Positions 33,834 to 42,781 of a stretch of 64,000 nucleotides of DNA are shown here, piece by piece (the first letter of the stretch is position 1; each line of letters starts with the position of its first letter). Source of the stretch: Oscillospiraceae bacterium (GTDB lineage Bacteria; Bacillota; Clostridia; Oscillospirales; Oscillospiraceae); NCBI GenBank assembly GCA_963666535.1, contig OY762913.1, positions 1,557,499 to 1,621,498 of the forward strand, written 5' to 3'. The notes beneath the pieces are model-generated. The model had not been told where the DNA came from and searched no databases. It was given only the letters and a program-made list of their open reading frames with translations. The translations under genes were made by a program, and so were the position numbers.

Positions 33834-33900
33834 AAAAGACCTAGCTTTTACCAGCGGGTAGCTATTTCTTTCTTGATGCGGCACAGCATGATATGATATA
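33834..33900. repeat. Terminator-like repeat element, diverged copy C
   Basis: AAAAGACCTAGCTTTTACCAGCGGGTAGCTATTTCTTTCTTGATG shares AAAAGAC-TAGCT...GGG-AGCTAT-TCTTTCTT-ATG with copies A and B. About 100 nt after the membrane-protein stop. Confidence 0.55.
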
Positions 33901-33971
33901 TGATAAGCTGTTGCATCTTGCAGATAAAAGGATTCCGAATGGTGGATTACTAATATTCTAGGAGAGAAAAA

Positions 33972-34664
33972 ATGAGTTATAAAATTCTTCTATTTGATTT
34001 AGATGATACCTTGTTAGATTTCAGCGCTAATGAAGCCGATTCGTTAAATAAGTTATTTCAGCAACACGGATATACTTTTTCGGATGAGTTGTTTCGTGTC
34101 TATAACTCCGTCAACAAACAATTATGGACTGATTATGAAAATGGAACGATTGCATTGGATGATGTGCTAAACTCAAGATTTTCAGAAACGATGTTAAGAC
34201 TGGGGAAAGTGGTGGATGGCATTGAATGGGAAAATCTGTACAGAGAACTTTTGGGGAATGGATGTCAGCTTATAGAAGGCGCGTTAGAAGTGTGTCAGAG
34301 CTTATCTGTATCCCACCGGCTGTTTGTTGTCACGAATGGGATTGCCGAAACTCAGAGCAAGAGAATAAAGCAGGCGGGCCTATATAAATTTTTTGAAGAC
34401 ATTTTTGATTCTCAAAGCGTTGGATTTCAAAAGCCGTCAAAAGAGTTTTTCAGTTATGTCATGAGTCATATTAAAAATTTTGATATAAAGGAAGCACTTG
34501 TGATCGGGGATTCATTGAATACGGATATAAAAGGCGGCCTTCTGGCAGGGATTGATACCTGTTGGGTCAACAGGACGTCACAAAAATGCTCTGCAGAAAT
34601 TCAAAGTACATACACGGTGACAAGCTTAGTGGGATTATATGACATTTGTGCCCCGACAAAATGA
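33972..34664 (+). CDS. HAD-superfamily hydrolase, YjjG-like nucleotidase type
   Basis: 230 aa. Motif I LLFDLDDTLLDF, motif II VVTNG, motif III/IV GDSLNTDIKGG. Confidence 0.85.
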   Translation: MSYKILLFDLDDTLLDFSANEADSLNKLFQQHGYTFSDELFRVYNSVNKQLWTDYENGTIALDDVLNSRFSETMLRLGKVVDGIEWENLYRELLGNGCQLIEGALEVCQSLSVSHRLFVVTNGIAETQSKRIKQAGLYKFFEDIFDSQSVGFQKPSKEFFSYVMSHIKNFDIKEALVIGDSLNTDIKGGLLAGIDTCWVNRTSQKCSAEIQSTYTVTSLVGLYDICAPTK

Positions 34665-34738
34665 GCAAAGCCAGAAACGGATCAGTTTAACCGAGCCGAC
34701 CAACCAAGTTGCAACCCGCTTTCTAAGCCGATATGCTA

Positions 34739-34785
34739 CCCCCAGATAGGACAGTGAAAAAACAACTCACTGTTTTGTCTGGGGG
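34739..34785 (+). terminator. Compound hairpin downstream of the HAD gene
   Basis: CCCCCAGA...ACAGTGA-loop-TCACTGT...TCTGGGGG. No clear T-tract. Confidence 0.35.
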
Positions 34786-34970
34786 TATGGTTATGCCGCA
34801 AAAAGGGAAAATCATGCCGACAGAGAAGTACGGATCATGGAATAATATTTGCGCGGCAAGATAAACCAACACAGGCAATGCTTCCTGAAAAATTTGATGG
34901 AGCGAGACGGACGATGCCTAGCGATTCAATGCGAAAGTGAAAATTTTGTAATAAAATATTCTTGAACTTC

Positions 34971-35027
34971 TTGACAATTCGGTCTATGGAGAATAGACTA
35001 AAAATGTAGGTCTATACTAAATAGACC
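34971..35027 (+). promoter_or_regulatory. Promoter with two BlaI-type operator dyads
   Basis: TTGACA 34971-76. Dyad 1 is GGTCTAT-N5-ATAGACT (34981-99) and overlaps the -10 region. Dyad 2 is GGTCTAT-N5-ATAGACC (35009-27). Confidence 0.6.
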
Positions 35028-35045
35028 AATCGAGGGAGGATTACC

Positions 35046-35405
35046 GTGAAAGAATCAAAATTATCCCATAGCGAAGCAAAATTCGCCGAACTGGTATGGA
35101 CACACGAGCCAATCAGCTCCGGCGAGTTGGTAAAGTTATGTGAAAAAGAACTGAATTGGAAAAAATCCACTACTTATACGGTACTAAAAAATCTATGTGG
35201 AAAAGGGATTTTCCAGAATCAAAATACAGTCGTTACAGCCTTAATCAAAAAGGATGAGTTTTACGCAAGACAGAGCCGACGCTTTGTGGAAGATGCTTTT
35301 GGGGGATCATTACCCAAATTCCTGACGGCCTTTATTGGAGGAAAGAAACTTAGCGACCGTCAGGCAGAGGAACTGAAAAAGCTGATCGACGAGAACAGAG
35401 GTTAA
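35046..35405 (+). CDS. BlaI/MecI/CopY-family transcriptional repressor
   Basis: 119 aa, GTG start after GAGGGAGG. Winged-helix ELNWKKSTTYTVLKNLCGKGI, and a C-terminal dimerisation region. Confidence 0.85.
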   Translation: MKESKLSHSEAKFAELVWTHEPISSGELVKLCEKELNWKKSTTYTVLKNLCGKGIFQNQNTVVTALIKKDEFYARQSRRFVEDAFGGSLPKFLTAFIGGKKLSDRQAEELKKLIDENRG

Positions 35406-37315
35406 TGCTTATGTGGTGCTATACGCTGTTTTCTATCATCCTGAATATGAGTGTGACCGCAGGGATGGTTATTGTCCTTGTGCTGCTTGCCCGTCTGCCG
35501 CTGAAAAAAGCACCAAAAGTGTTTTCCTATGTGATGTGGACGGTCGTTTTGTTCCGGCTGATCTGCCCCGTATCGTTTTCTACGGATTTTTCGCTGCTGG
35601 GTGTCTTCTATTCTCCAACCGTCACAAACAGTAGCATTACCTATATTCCAACCGATATCGTTCACGCGGCAAACCCGCAGGTGGATTTACCGCTTTCGGG
35701 TATCAGCCAAGCCATCCATGAAACCCTACCACAGGGTGATGAGCAGACAGTTGCCGATCCGCTGGAAGCGCCGATGGCGATTGCTACGTTCTTGTGGCTT
35801 TTTGGCATCGCGGTGATGCTGGCTTACAGTATCGTTTCGGTAGTGATTTTGAAAAAACGCCTGAAAAGCGCGCAGAATACGCAGGGGAACATTTACGAGG
35901 CCGATAACTTGAAAACGCCCTTTGTGCTTGGCATATTCAGGCCGAGGATTTTCATTCCTGAGGGACTGGCGGCCGAGGAAAAAAGCTTTATCATCCGGCA
36001 TGAACAGACGCATATCCGCAGGTTTGACCATATTATAAAACCCGTTGCCTTTTTGGTTCTGAGCATTCATTGGTTCAATCCGCTGGTATGGATTTCCTTT
36101 ATCCTGATGGGTACGGACATGGAGCTTTCCTGTGACGAACGGGTGATCAAGGAAATGGGCGGCGAGATCAAAAAAGCCTATTCCGCATCGCTTCTGTCGC
36201 TGACCACGGGGAAACGCATTATAAACGGCAGCCCGCTTGCTTTTGGTGAGGGCAACGTGGGGGGCAGAATAAAAAATGTATTGAATTACAAAAAGCCCGC
36301 ATTTTGGGTGATTGCGGTGGCGGTCATTGCTGTAAGCGTGGTAAGCCTGGGGCTGCTTTCAAACCCCAGGAGCGATGAGCTTACCCAAAGCGAGGCACAG
36401 AAGATTGTCGAAGGGCATTATCCGTCGGCAATCAGTATAATCTCCGGGACTGATCAAACAATCCATAATGGCGTTGATTTTGAGTGCTACACGTTTCGTG
36501 TAAAGCCGACCGATGCCGAAACAGATGAAACTGTTGCTGTTGACAAAACAAAGGGGATATTTTTTACTTATAATGAAAAGGACGGACAGTGGTACGCCTT
36601 TACCGGTGCGCGTGAAAAAGACCCGCTGACAGCGCAACCAACGGCGTTCAAAACCACAGAAACAGATCTGTTGGAAATCGGCAGAATAGCCTTAGACGAA
36701 TATATGGCAACGTTCATGAGCGACAACACGCCGGATAGTGACCGCATCGCATCCTATCAGATCAACAATATTTCTGTTCTGGCCGGCGGTATTGAGGAAT
36801 TCTGTGTTACCCTCAATTATGATTTTACGACAGACAACGACAGCTACGTCAATCCGGGACGCGGCGCAAAGGGCAAAGGAACCTGGCCGGACAATTATCT
36901 TGAAATAAGAATTAGAAACATCGGAAAGTATGCTTATGAAATTGTCAGTATCGGCACAGGCGGTGGTGGACAGGGACTTAAACCGATAACCGATAATACA
37001 GATATTGTGTATACAGAGGAAGAAATCGAGGCGGCAAGGGAATGTGTCAGAGAGTACTTTTCCGAAGTGGCGACTTCCCGCGTTTTGAACGATTTATGGT
37101 TTGACGAGGCCGCGTGTGTTAAAAATATCGCTTCCTATATGCAGTATGGCAATGGAAAAACAAACGGGGTATCGGAGGGAAATGTCATTGTTCTGCTCTG
37201 TAACTTTACCATAGAAAATGACAATGCCTTTGAAGGGTATTATCCCGATTGGCAGATGATTCTGATCAGAGACAGCGCTGACGGCGCGTGGCGGATCGAT
37301 GATCAGGGGGTTTAA
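35405..37315 (+). CDS. BlaR1/MecR1-like M56 membrane metalloprotease with non-PBP extracellular domains
   Basis: 636 aa. TAATG coupling to the repressor gene, HEQTH zinc motif (IIRHEQTHIRRFDH), several TM helices. The C-terminal ~320 aa lack SxxK/PBP motifs. Confidence 0.8.
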   Translation: MLMWCYTLFSIILNMSVTAGMVIVLVLLARLPLKKAPKVFSYVMWTVVLFRLICPVSFSTDFSLLGVFYSPTVTNSSITYIPTDIVHAANPQVDLPLSGISQAIHETLPQGDEQTVADPLEAPMAIATFLWLFGIAVMLAYSIVSVVILKKRLKSAQNTQGNIYEADNLKTPFVLGIFRPRIFIPEGLAAEEKSFIIRHEQTHIRRFDHIIKPVAFLVLSIHWFNPLVWISFILMGTDMELSCDERVIKEMGGEIKKAYSASLLSLTTGKRIINGSPLAFGEGNVGGRIKNVLNYKKPAFWVIAVAVIAVSVVSLGLLSNPRSDELTQSEAQKIVEGHYPSAISIISGTDQTIHNGVDFECYTFRVKPTDAETDETVAVDKTKGIFFTYNEKDGQWYAFTGAREKDPLTAQPTAFKTTETDLLEIGRIALDEYMATFMSDNTPDSDRIASYQINNISVLAGGIEEFCVTLNYDFTTDNDSYVNPGRGAKGKGTWPDNYLEIRIRNIGKYAYEIVSIGTGGGGQGLKPITDNTDIVYTEEEIEAARECVREYFSEVATSRVLNDLWFDEAACVKNIASYMQYGNGKTNGVSEGNVIVLLCNFTIENDNAFEGYYPDWQMILIRDSADGAWRIDDQGV

Positions 37316-37430
37316 TTCACACGATAGGCTGTATGGTCATTGTTTACTTCCTGATGGACGCTAGCGCGCAAATTGATGCAACAAATATTGGTAGGTAGTG
37401 CAAATTTCTAAAAGCGCGCGGTATTGTATC

Positions 37431-37467
37431 AAAAGGCTGGTTTCCTAAACTCGGAAACCAGCCTTTT
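37431..37467. terminator. Bidirectional intrinsic terminator between convergent genes
   Basis: AAAAGGCTGGTTTCC-loop-GGAAACCAGCCTTTT. Confidence 0.75.
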
Positions 37468-37495
37468 AACATTTTCGTAAGGATTAGGATTAGGG

Positions 37496-37972
37496 CTAGA
37501 AATGAAAGATCGTACTCCAATCGAAGTCCCCAGAGGTTTCAACCGCTTTAGGCCAATCAGCGCACCAATTCGGAACAATTGGATTTTCTACTCTGTCAAA
37601 GCTGGGGGTGTAAGGCTTGATATCTATCACCGGAGTCCCATCTTCTGCGTCGATAAAAGCCACACCAATGATTCCGTTTTCACAATCCAGATAGGTGACG
37701 TAAGTACAAGTAAGTGCGATTGGATTTGGACGCTCCGGAGAACGGGTTGCAAATATGCCTAATGTGTCTGGGGAACCTTTGTAAGGACTTTTCTCAACGA
37801 GTTTTGAGCGAGAGTCTGCGTTGTCGTTTTGATGAAACCACCAAAGGACGTTAATATAGCCAAATCCTTCAAGGTTGGTAAGAGCCGGGATAAACTCTTT
37901 TTCCAGTTCTATGCGCATGCCATTTTCGTCTAAACGCACTTTCCCGATTGATTTTGCTGTAAATTGTTCCAT
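37496..37972 (-). CDS. trmO: tRNA (t6A37) methyltransferase TrmO / TsaA family
   Basis: 158 aa. LEGFGYINVLWWFH and GIFATRSPERPNPIALT...VIDIKPY match the TsaA/YaeB family. Confidence 0.8.
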   Translation of the reverse strand: MEQFTAKSIGKVRLDENGMRIELEKEFIPALTNLEGFGYINVLWWFHQNDNADSRSKLVEKSPYKGSPDTLGIFATRSPERPNPIALTCTYVTYLDCENGIIGVAFIDAEDGTPVIDIKPYTPSFDRVENPIVPNWCADWPKAVETSGDFDWSTIFHF

Positions 37973-38517
37973 AAATAAATCTCCTATTCAGTTTATTTAC
38001 GGCGCCGTTATATTCAGTATACCAATGTGTTTTTATACTACAAGCTTTTTTATGATTTTTTTAAGGGGAAGGAATCACTGCCGTATAACATTAAAATAAG
38101 AATCCAGTCCCCCGTCCAAGCGGATGCCCGCATTCAAGCGTTTTTCAATAGAATTAATCCCTTGCAGATGGAGTGTTATGACGCGCTGGGTACGCAGATT
38201 CAAAGATCATGTTAGTGTGGCTTCTGTTTTCTACGCGTCTGACAGTAATATGGCAGTGCGGCCTTGCGGCGATTTCTTATGACGGGCCCACCGCAAGGAA
38301 ATACTGGGTGACCTCGCCTGGTTTCAACCATCTGTTTTTAAATATACTTAAAATGTGCAAACACTACAAGCAAATAAAATTGAAATAATAAAAAATGGTG
38401 CATAATAACTAAAATATTTAAGCCTTTCAACAGAATATGACATAATTCTGCATAAAACTTGGATATGATATAGGTGACCCCAGAAAGAAGAATTGGTAAA
38501 GGTGAAAGGAGCACGCT

Positions 38518-38703
38518 ATGAAGAGAATTACAAAAGAGTATAGTGTCTTGTTTAACGAAATTACCGATGTATCTGAGGAATTGATCAAGCTTTACTGGCG
38601 GCTGCTTGAGGCGCAGCGACGTTCGGAAGAAGGATTTCTGGAAGAGGACGAAGCTGAGGAGGTACTTATTGTATCGGAGGATCGTATTTCAGCCAGTATA
38701 TAA
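38518..38703 (+). CDS. Small acidic hypothetical protein
   Basis: 61 aa. Strong RBS GAAAGGAG, followed at once by a 19-bp-stem hairpin. Confidence 0.5.
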   Translation: MKRITKEYSVLFNEITDVSEELIKLYWRLLEAQRRSEEGFLEEDEAEEVLIVSEDRISASI

Positions 38704-38746
38704 ACCTGCAGAAGGCGCACCATTTCCGGTGCGCCTTCTGCAGGTT
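38703..38746. terminator. Perfect 19-bp-stem hairpin
   Basis: AACCTGCAGAAGGCGCACC-ATTTCC-GGTGCGCCTTCTGCAGGTT. Confidence 0.6.
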
Positions 38747-38940
38747 AAATAAATGCGACTTTTTTGGATGCGATTTTTTTGCGCAACGCACTACAGTTTA
38801 TGAAAAAGAAATCTTGCAGACCATGTCGCAACAAATGGCCTTAACCTGACGCTGAAGTACGGGTAATTGTTATTTGCCGGACAGATCAGATAGCGGTTAG
38901 CGAGGAAGGGACATCTTGAAAAGTATTATCTTTGCAGCGT

Positions 38941-39225
38941 TTATTTGAAACAATGACTGTTTAATATCGTCTTTAATGACGACAAACTGCTGCTGTGACA
39001 CCGTTCCACATAGGCGTTGCTTTTTCGCGCGCTGCATAAGGCGCACTGCACCATTTTATGTGAGACAGTATTGGTAAAAAGAATATACAGATCGGCGCTT
39101 CCCAGCTTTTTCTTCATTTCACCGTTCAACTTTGTAAAAACCTTGGCCTTGCAACCGTACTCTCGGCATGTGTCGGCGTAAAGCCGCTCCATACATTCAT
39201 TTCCCCCGATGATAATAATGCTCAA
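38941..39225 (-). CDS. DUF2325-family protein
   Basis: 94 aa, TTG start 7 nt after GGAGG. IIIIGGNECMERLY...ADLYILFTNTVSHKM fits DUF2325 as I recall. Confidence 0.6.
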   Translation of the reverse strand: MSIIIIGGNECMERLYADTCREYGCKAKVFTKLNGEMKKKLGSADLYILFTNTVSHKMVQCALCSARKSNAYVERCHSSSLSSLKTILNSHCFK

Positions 39226-39243
39226 TTAAATTCCTCCCCAAAG

Positions 39244-39374
39244 GTTAGCGTTGGCTAACTGCTGAATTTTATAATAGGAATGCCAGTGGGCATTCCAGCT
39301 TTAATTGCATATGATCGCAATGGTTAGCAAGTGCTAACTATTGCGATCATATCATATGACAAAATCCCTGTCAA
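39244..39374 (-). promoter_or_regulatory. Promoter plus two GTTAGC-N4-GCTAAC palindromes upstream of the DUF2325 gene
   Basis: Minus strand: TTGACA (39369-74), 17 nt, TATGAT (39346-51). Palindromes at 39323-38 (inside a 44-bp near-perfect palindrome, 39309-52) and 39244-59. Hairpin GGAATGCC-N4-GGCATTCC at 39277-96. Confidence 0.5.
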
Positions 39375-39481
39375 TCCATTTCCGCGCATAATTTGGTCTG
39401 CATGTGGTGAAAACATGCGAAATAAGCGGTAAACGCTGACAGCAGACACTTTATAGCTGGGCAAGCTGGCTACGCTTTGCA

Positions 39482-40762
39482 TCAATTCTTCCTGGTGTCT
39501 AGAAAGTAATGCCGGGCGGCACCGACCATATAAAGGGAGCCAAAGGCACAGATCACACCGGAAGGCCCAGCCTCTGCCAGGGCTGTTTCAACTCCCGCTT
39601 CCATGCTTTCGCAGAATATGGTTGGCTTTCCATACTGCGATAAATACTGCTTAAGTTCCTCCCCAGGGAGGGCTCTGGGGCTGTTTGGCGTGACGGTGAT
39701 GAACCGCTCTGCCAGTGGGGCCACTTTTTCAAACATTCCTGCATAGTCCTTGTCGGCCAGAACGCCAACTAAAAAAGTCATGTTACGATTGGGGCAGTAA
39801 TCTCGAAGCGTGTTCACCAAGGCATCTACGCACTGGGGGTTATGTCCTCCATCCATGATATACACCGGATTTCTGCTCAAAACCTCAAAGCGACCGGGCC
39901 AACTTACGTTGGAAAGCCCGTTTCGAATGGCAGCTTCACTGACACTCCATCCCTTTTCCCGCATGGCATAGATCGCTGTCAGGGCAACCGCGGCGTTGTT
40001 CAGCTGGTGCGATCCCAAAAGTGGCATGGTAAGTTCAGAAAGACCATTCCACGAAAAGACTTGCCCGTCAAAGTCATGGTGGTGTGCCTCTACTTTTGAA
40101 AAGTCTGCTTGCACCAGCTTGGACTTTTCGCGCACACAGATTTCCTCCAAAACTTGCATGACAGACGCTTTTTGCGGATATATGACAGTGGGACAGCCTT
40201 GCTTGATAATTCCGCCTTTTGTGCGGGCGATTTCTTCCACCGTGTTGCCGAGCTGTGCCATATGGTCAAGCCCGATATTGGTAATCACCGCAACCTCGGG
40301 AGCCTTGATCACATTCGTGGAGTCCAGTTTGCCGCCCAATCCAACCTCCAGAACCACAATGTCACAGTGTTTTCTGTGAAAGTGCTCGAAGGCAATGCAG
40401 GTACCCATCTCAAACTCTGTGGGTCGGTCCGTCATCCCGGCAACGGCAGGCTGCAGAAATTCCACAATCGAGGACAATTCCTCGTCTGAAATTTCGGCCC
40501 CGTTGACTCGTATTCGCTCTTGATACCGATATAAATAGGGCGAGGTGTAAAGTCCGGTCACAAATCCGGCTTCCCGCAAAACGGAGGCTAAGATCGCGGC
40601 CGTGCTGCCTTTCCCATTGGTTCCCGCCACGTGGATATAGTTCAGTTGCTTTTCTGGGTTTCCAATCCTTTGCAGCAATTCTTCCGTGCGGGATAAGCCG
40701 AGTTTGCTGCCGACCCATGAAACATCTTCAATGAATGCAAGCGCCTGCTGTACTGTCATCAT
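39482..40762 (-). CDS. folC: Bifunctional folylpolyglutamate synthase / dihydrofolate synthase
   Basis: 426 aa. Mur-ligase P-loop HVAGTNGKGSTAA, with FolC-type length and C-terminal domain. Confidence 0.9.
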   Translation of the reverse strand: MMTVQQALAFIEDVSWVGSKLGLSRTEELLQRIGNPEKQLNYIHVAGTNGKGSTAAILASVLREAGFVTGLYTSPYLYRYQERIRVNGAEISDEELSSIVEFLQPAVAGMTDRPTEFEMGTCIAFEHFHRKHCDIVVLEVGLGGKLDSTNVIKAPEVAVITNIGLDHMAQLGNTVEEIARTKGGIIKQGCPTVIYPQKASVMQVLEEICVREKSKLVQADFSKVEAHHHDFDGQVFSWNGLSELTMPLLGSHQLNNAAVALTAIYAMREKGWSVSEAAIRNGLSNVSWPGRFEVLSRNPVYIMDGGHNPQCVDALVNTLRDYCPNRNMTFLVGVLADKDYAGMFEKVAPLAERFITVTPNSPRALPGEELKQYLSQYGKPTIFCESMEAGVETALAEAGPSGVICAFGSLYMVGAARHYFLDTRKN

Positions 40763-40966
40763 TCTTTGGTGGACTCCCTTCGATCAATCCGTTTTTTTGA
40801 ACCGTTGCATCATGAAACAGTAAACCGCGTTGCCTGGATGGATCGATTCCCAAAGGAGTCGCTTTGTCACTTGATCCAGTGTTTTGCTAGGGGCAGCTTG
40901 ATCATATCTGTCGTTTCTGTATGCAATCTTTCACTAGTGTGGGCACCGCAAATTCTGCAGTCACGT

Positions 40967-41521
40967 TTATGCGGTCAGGTCTATCGCCCCTTGCGCAGTG
41001 TTCTTAGGCCACACAGCTGTCTTAACAAAAATATTGCTTTTGCAAAGCATGAAAAGAATGGATGTTTCTAAAAAAGCGATGGCCAGATACAAAGGGATTC
41101 GAACCGTCAAAAGAACGGAAATAGGCGTTCCGTACAGCGTATAGAGACAAAAGGTGCTCCAACCCATTGCGGCAATGATATCCGCGGGAAGCACAACGCA
41201 GGCCATGCGTACCCACGAGAGCTTACGGACCACGAGCATATGCAGCAAACCGGGGATGACCCCCATTAAGATGGGGGATATCGTGATGGGCGGATACCAG
41301 CCAAGACCTGAAAGAAAGGCGGCACCCAGAATGTCGCTGGCCGCACCGACCAGACCGCCCGCCAATGGCCCAAACAAGATCCCAGCCAAAATAATGGGGA
41401 TGTTGCCGAAGCTGATGCGAATGCTGTTGGTGATCCAGATGACGCAGAAGCGCGATAGAATAATGCTGATCGCAGACAGCATGGCAAGGGCCACGATGGT
41501 TTTTATCGAAAGTTTTTTCAT
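40967..41521 (-). CDS. folT: ECF transporter S component, folate family
   Basis: 184 aa, about 6 TM. IRISFGNIPIILAGILFGPLAGGLVGAASDILG. Adjacent to folC. Confidence 0.75.
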   Translation of the reverse strand: MKKLSIKTIVALAMLSAISIILSRFCVIWITNSIRISFGNIPIILAGILFGPLAGGLVGAASDILGAAFLSGLGWYPPITISPILMGVIPGLLHMLVVRKLSWVRMACVVLPADIIAAMGWSTFCLYTLYGTPISVLLTVRIPLYLAIAFLETSILFMLCKSNIFVKTAVWPKNTAQGAIDLTA

Positions 41522-41866
41522 GGGCTTCTCCTTCGATTTTGAGAGGGCGTGTGCTGCGTTACACCGATGAAAAGTGATTTGCGGATAACACAGAAGGCAC
41601 CTTAATTTTAGCGTTTTCAGACTATCTTATTATAAGTCAATTTGTCCGAGATACAAGACTTTTTTTAAAGGCTGTGGGTGTGTGGAATCCTACTGAGTTG
41701 GCGTACGCAATTGCGGCGGACCTTTCTCGTTTCTATCTGTGGATTTAGCTGGTTAAGATTGGCGTATTCGGGAAATGATAAAACGAATGCATTTGATATG
41801 CAAAAATCCCGGTATTGTTACTGGCATTGGCTAAGCGGCATATCGGAAAGAGAAAAGGCGTTTAAA

Positions 41867-42781
41867 ATGACAATTGGCTTACCAAAAGCACTTTTGTACT
41901 ACCGGTATCAATATTTATGGAGCACTTTTTTTTCCGAGCTTGGCTGTAAGGTGGTCACAAGTCCGGACACCTGCCAGACAATGCTGACAGAGGGAATCGC
42001 GCAGTCTGTCAGTGAAAGCTGTTTACCCGTAAAACTGTTTATGGGTCACGTCGCCAGTCTGCGCGGGCGCTGTGACCGCATACTCGTTCCACGGTTTGAA
42101 ACGCTGGAGAAAAATGAAGAATTCTGTGTGCGGTTTCGAGGGTTGCCGGACATTGTACGCAACAGCTTTCCCGATGTGTCACTAATTGGATATAACCTGC
42201 AAGGGCATAAACGCGACAGTCAGCGGAACGGGTTTCTTCAAATGGGAAAGTCTTTGGGGAAATCCACGGCGCAGACGCTGCGGGCATACCACTGCGCCGT
42301 GCAGGAACAACAGCGGCAGGATCATTTGTCGATGGAAAAACAGCGGCAGCTTTTTTCTGCCTGTGCCCCCAAAATTTTGCTGGTGTCACAGCCTTACATG
42401 ATACACGACGCCTACGTCGGCGAGCCTCTTTTGCGAATTCTGCGGGAGCAGGGCGGGATTCCTATTTTTGCCGACCGCTGCGATCGCCAGGCGTGCTGCG
42501 CCCGTTCAAAATCGGTTTCCGCCGATCTTTACTGGACCATGAACAAAGAGATCGTGGGGGCGATTCCGCTAATAAAACATGACGTGGACGGCGTGCTGCT
42601 GGTCACCGCATTCCCATGCGGTACCGATTCGCTGGTCAATGAGCTGGTTCTTCGCAGGCAGCGGGATTTGCCCATTGCACAGATCGTGCTGGATGAACAG
42701 CAGGGGGAAGCTGGTTTGCAAACAAGAATGGAGTGCTTTATGGATATTCTTTGCGAAAGGAAGCGTGCCCGTGTGCAGTAA
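41867..42781 (+). CDS. Acyl-CoA dehydratase activase-related protein (DUF2229-type), first copy
   Basis: ORF track 41678..42781. ATG at 41867 (MTIGLPKALLYYRYQYLWSTFFSELGCKVV...) matches the typical N-terminus of this family. Confidence 0.7.
   Translation: MTIGLPKALLYYRYQYLWSTFFSELGCKVVTSPDTCQTMLTEGIAQSVSESCLPVKLFMGHVASLRGRCDRILVPRFETLEKNEEFCVRFRGLPDIVRNSFPDVSLIGYNLQGHKRDSQRNGFLQMGKSLGKSTAQTLRAYHCAVQEQQRQDHLSMEKQRQLFSACAPKILLVSQPYMIHDAYVGEPLLRILREQGGIPIFADRCDRQACCARSKSVSADLYWTMNKEIVGAIPLIKHDVDGVLLVTAFPCGTDSLVNELVLRRQRDLPIAQIVLDEQQGEAGLQTRMECFMDILCERKRARVQ

Noticed and set aside
31072-33900. Integron-like cassette array (imperfect palindromes after each gene as attC sites)
   Set aside because: There is no IntI-type tyrosine recombinase or attI. 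Only three copies exist, and the hairpins look like ordinary intrinsic terminators. Reported only as a repeat family.
38221-38340. Possible small RNA (CCTTGCGG ... CCGCAAGG stem with a 22-nt loop) in the AT-rich non-coding stretch
   Set aside because: It is a single weak stem, and I can identify no promoter, terminator or conservation evidence.
41094-41104. tRNA T-arm-like GGATTCGAACC
   Set aside because: It lies inside the folT coding region, and no acceptor or anticodon stems can be drawn around it.
41522-41656. THF riboswitch upstream of folT (also looked at 40763-40966 upstream of folC)
   Set aside because: A promoter-like TTGTAT-16-TATAAT and a ~100-nt leader exist, and the leader contains AUCCGC. 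The spacing and the other conserved THF-I blocks I remember (AGUAG, CGCGUUA, GGGAUG) are not present. It needs an Rfam scan and is not called.
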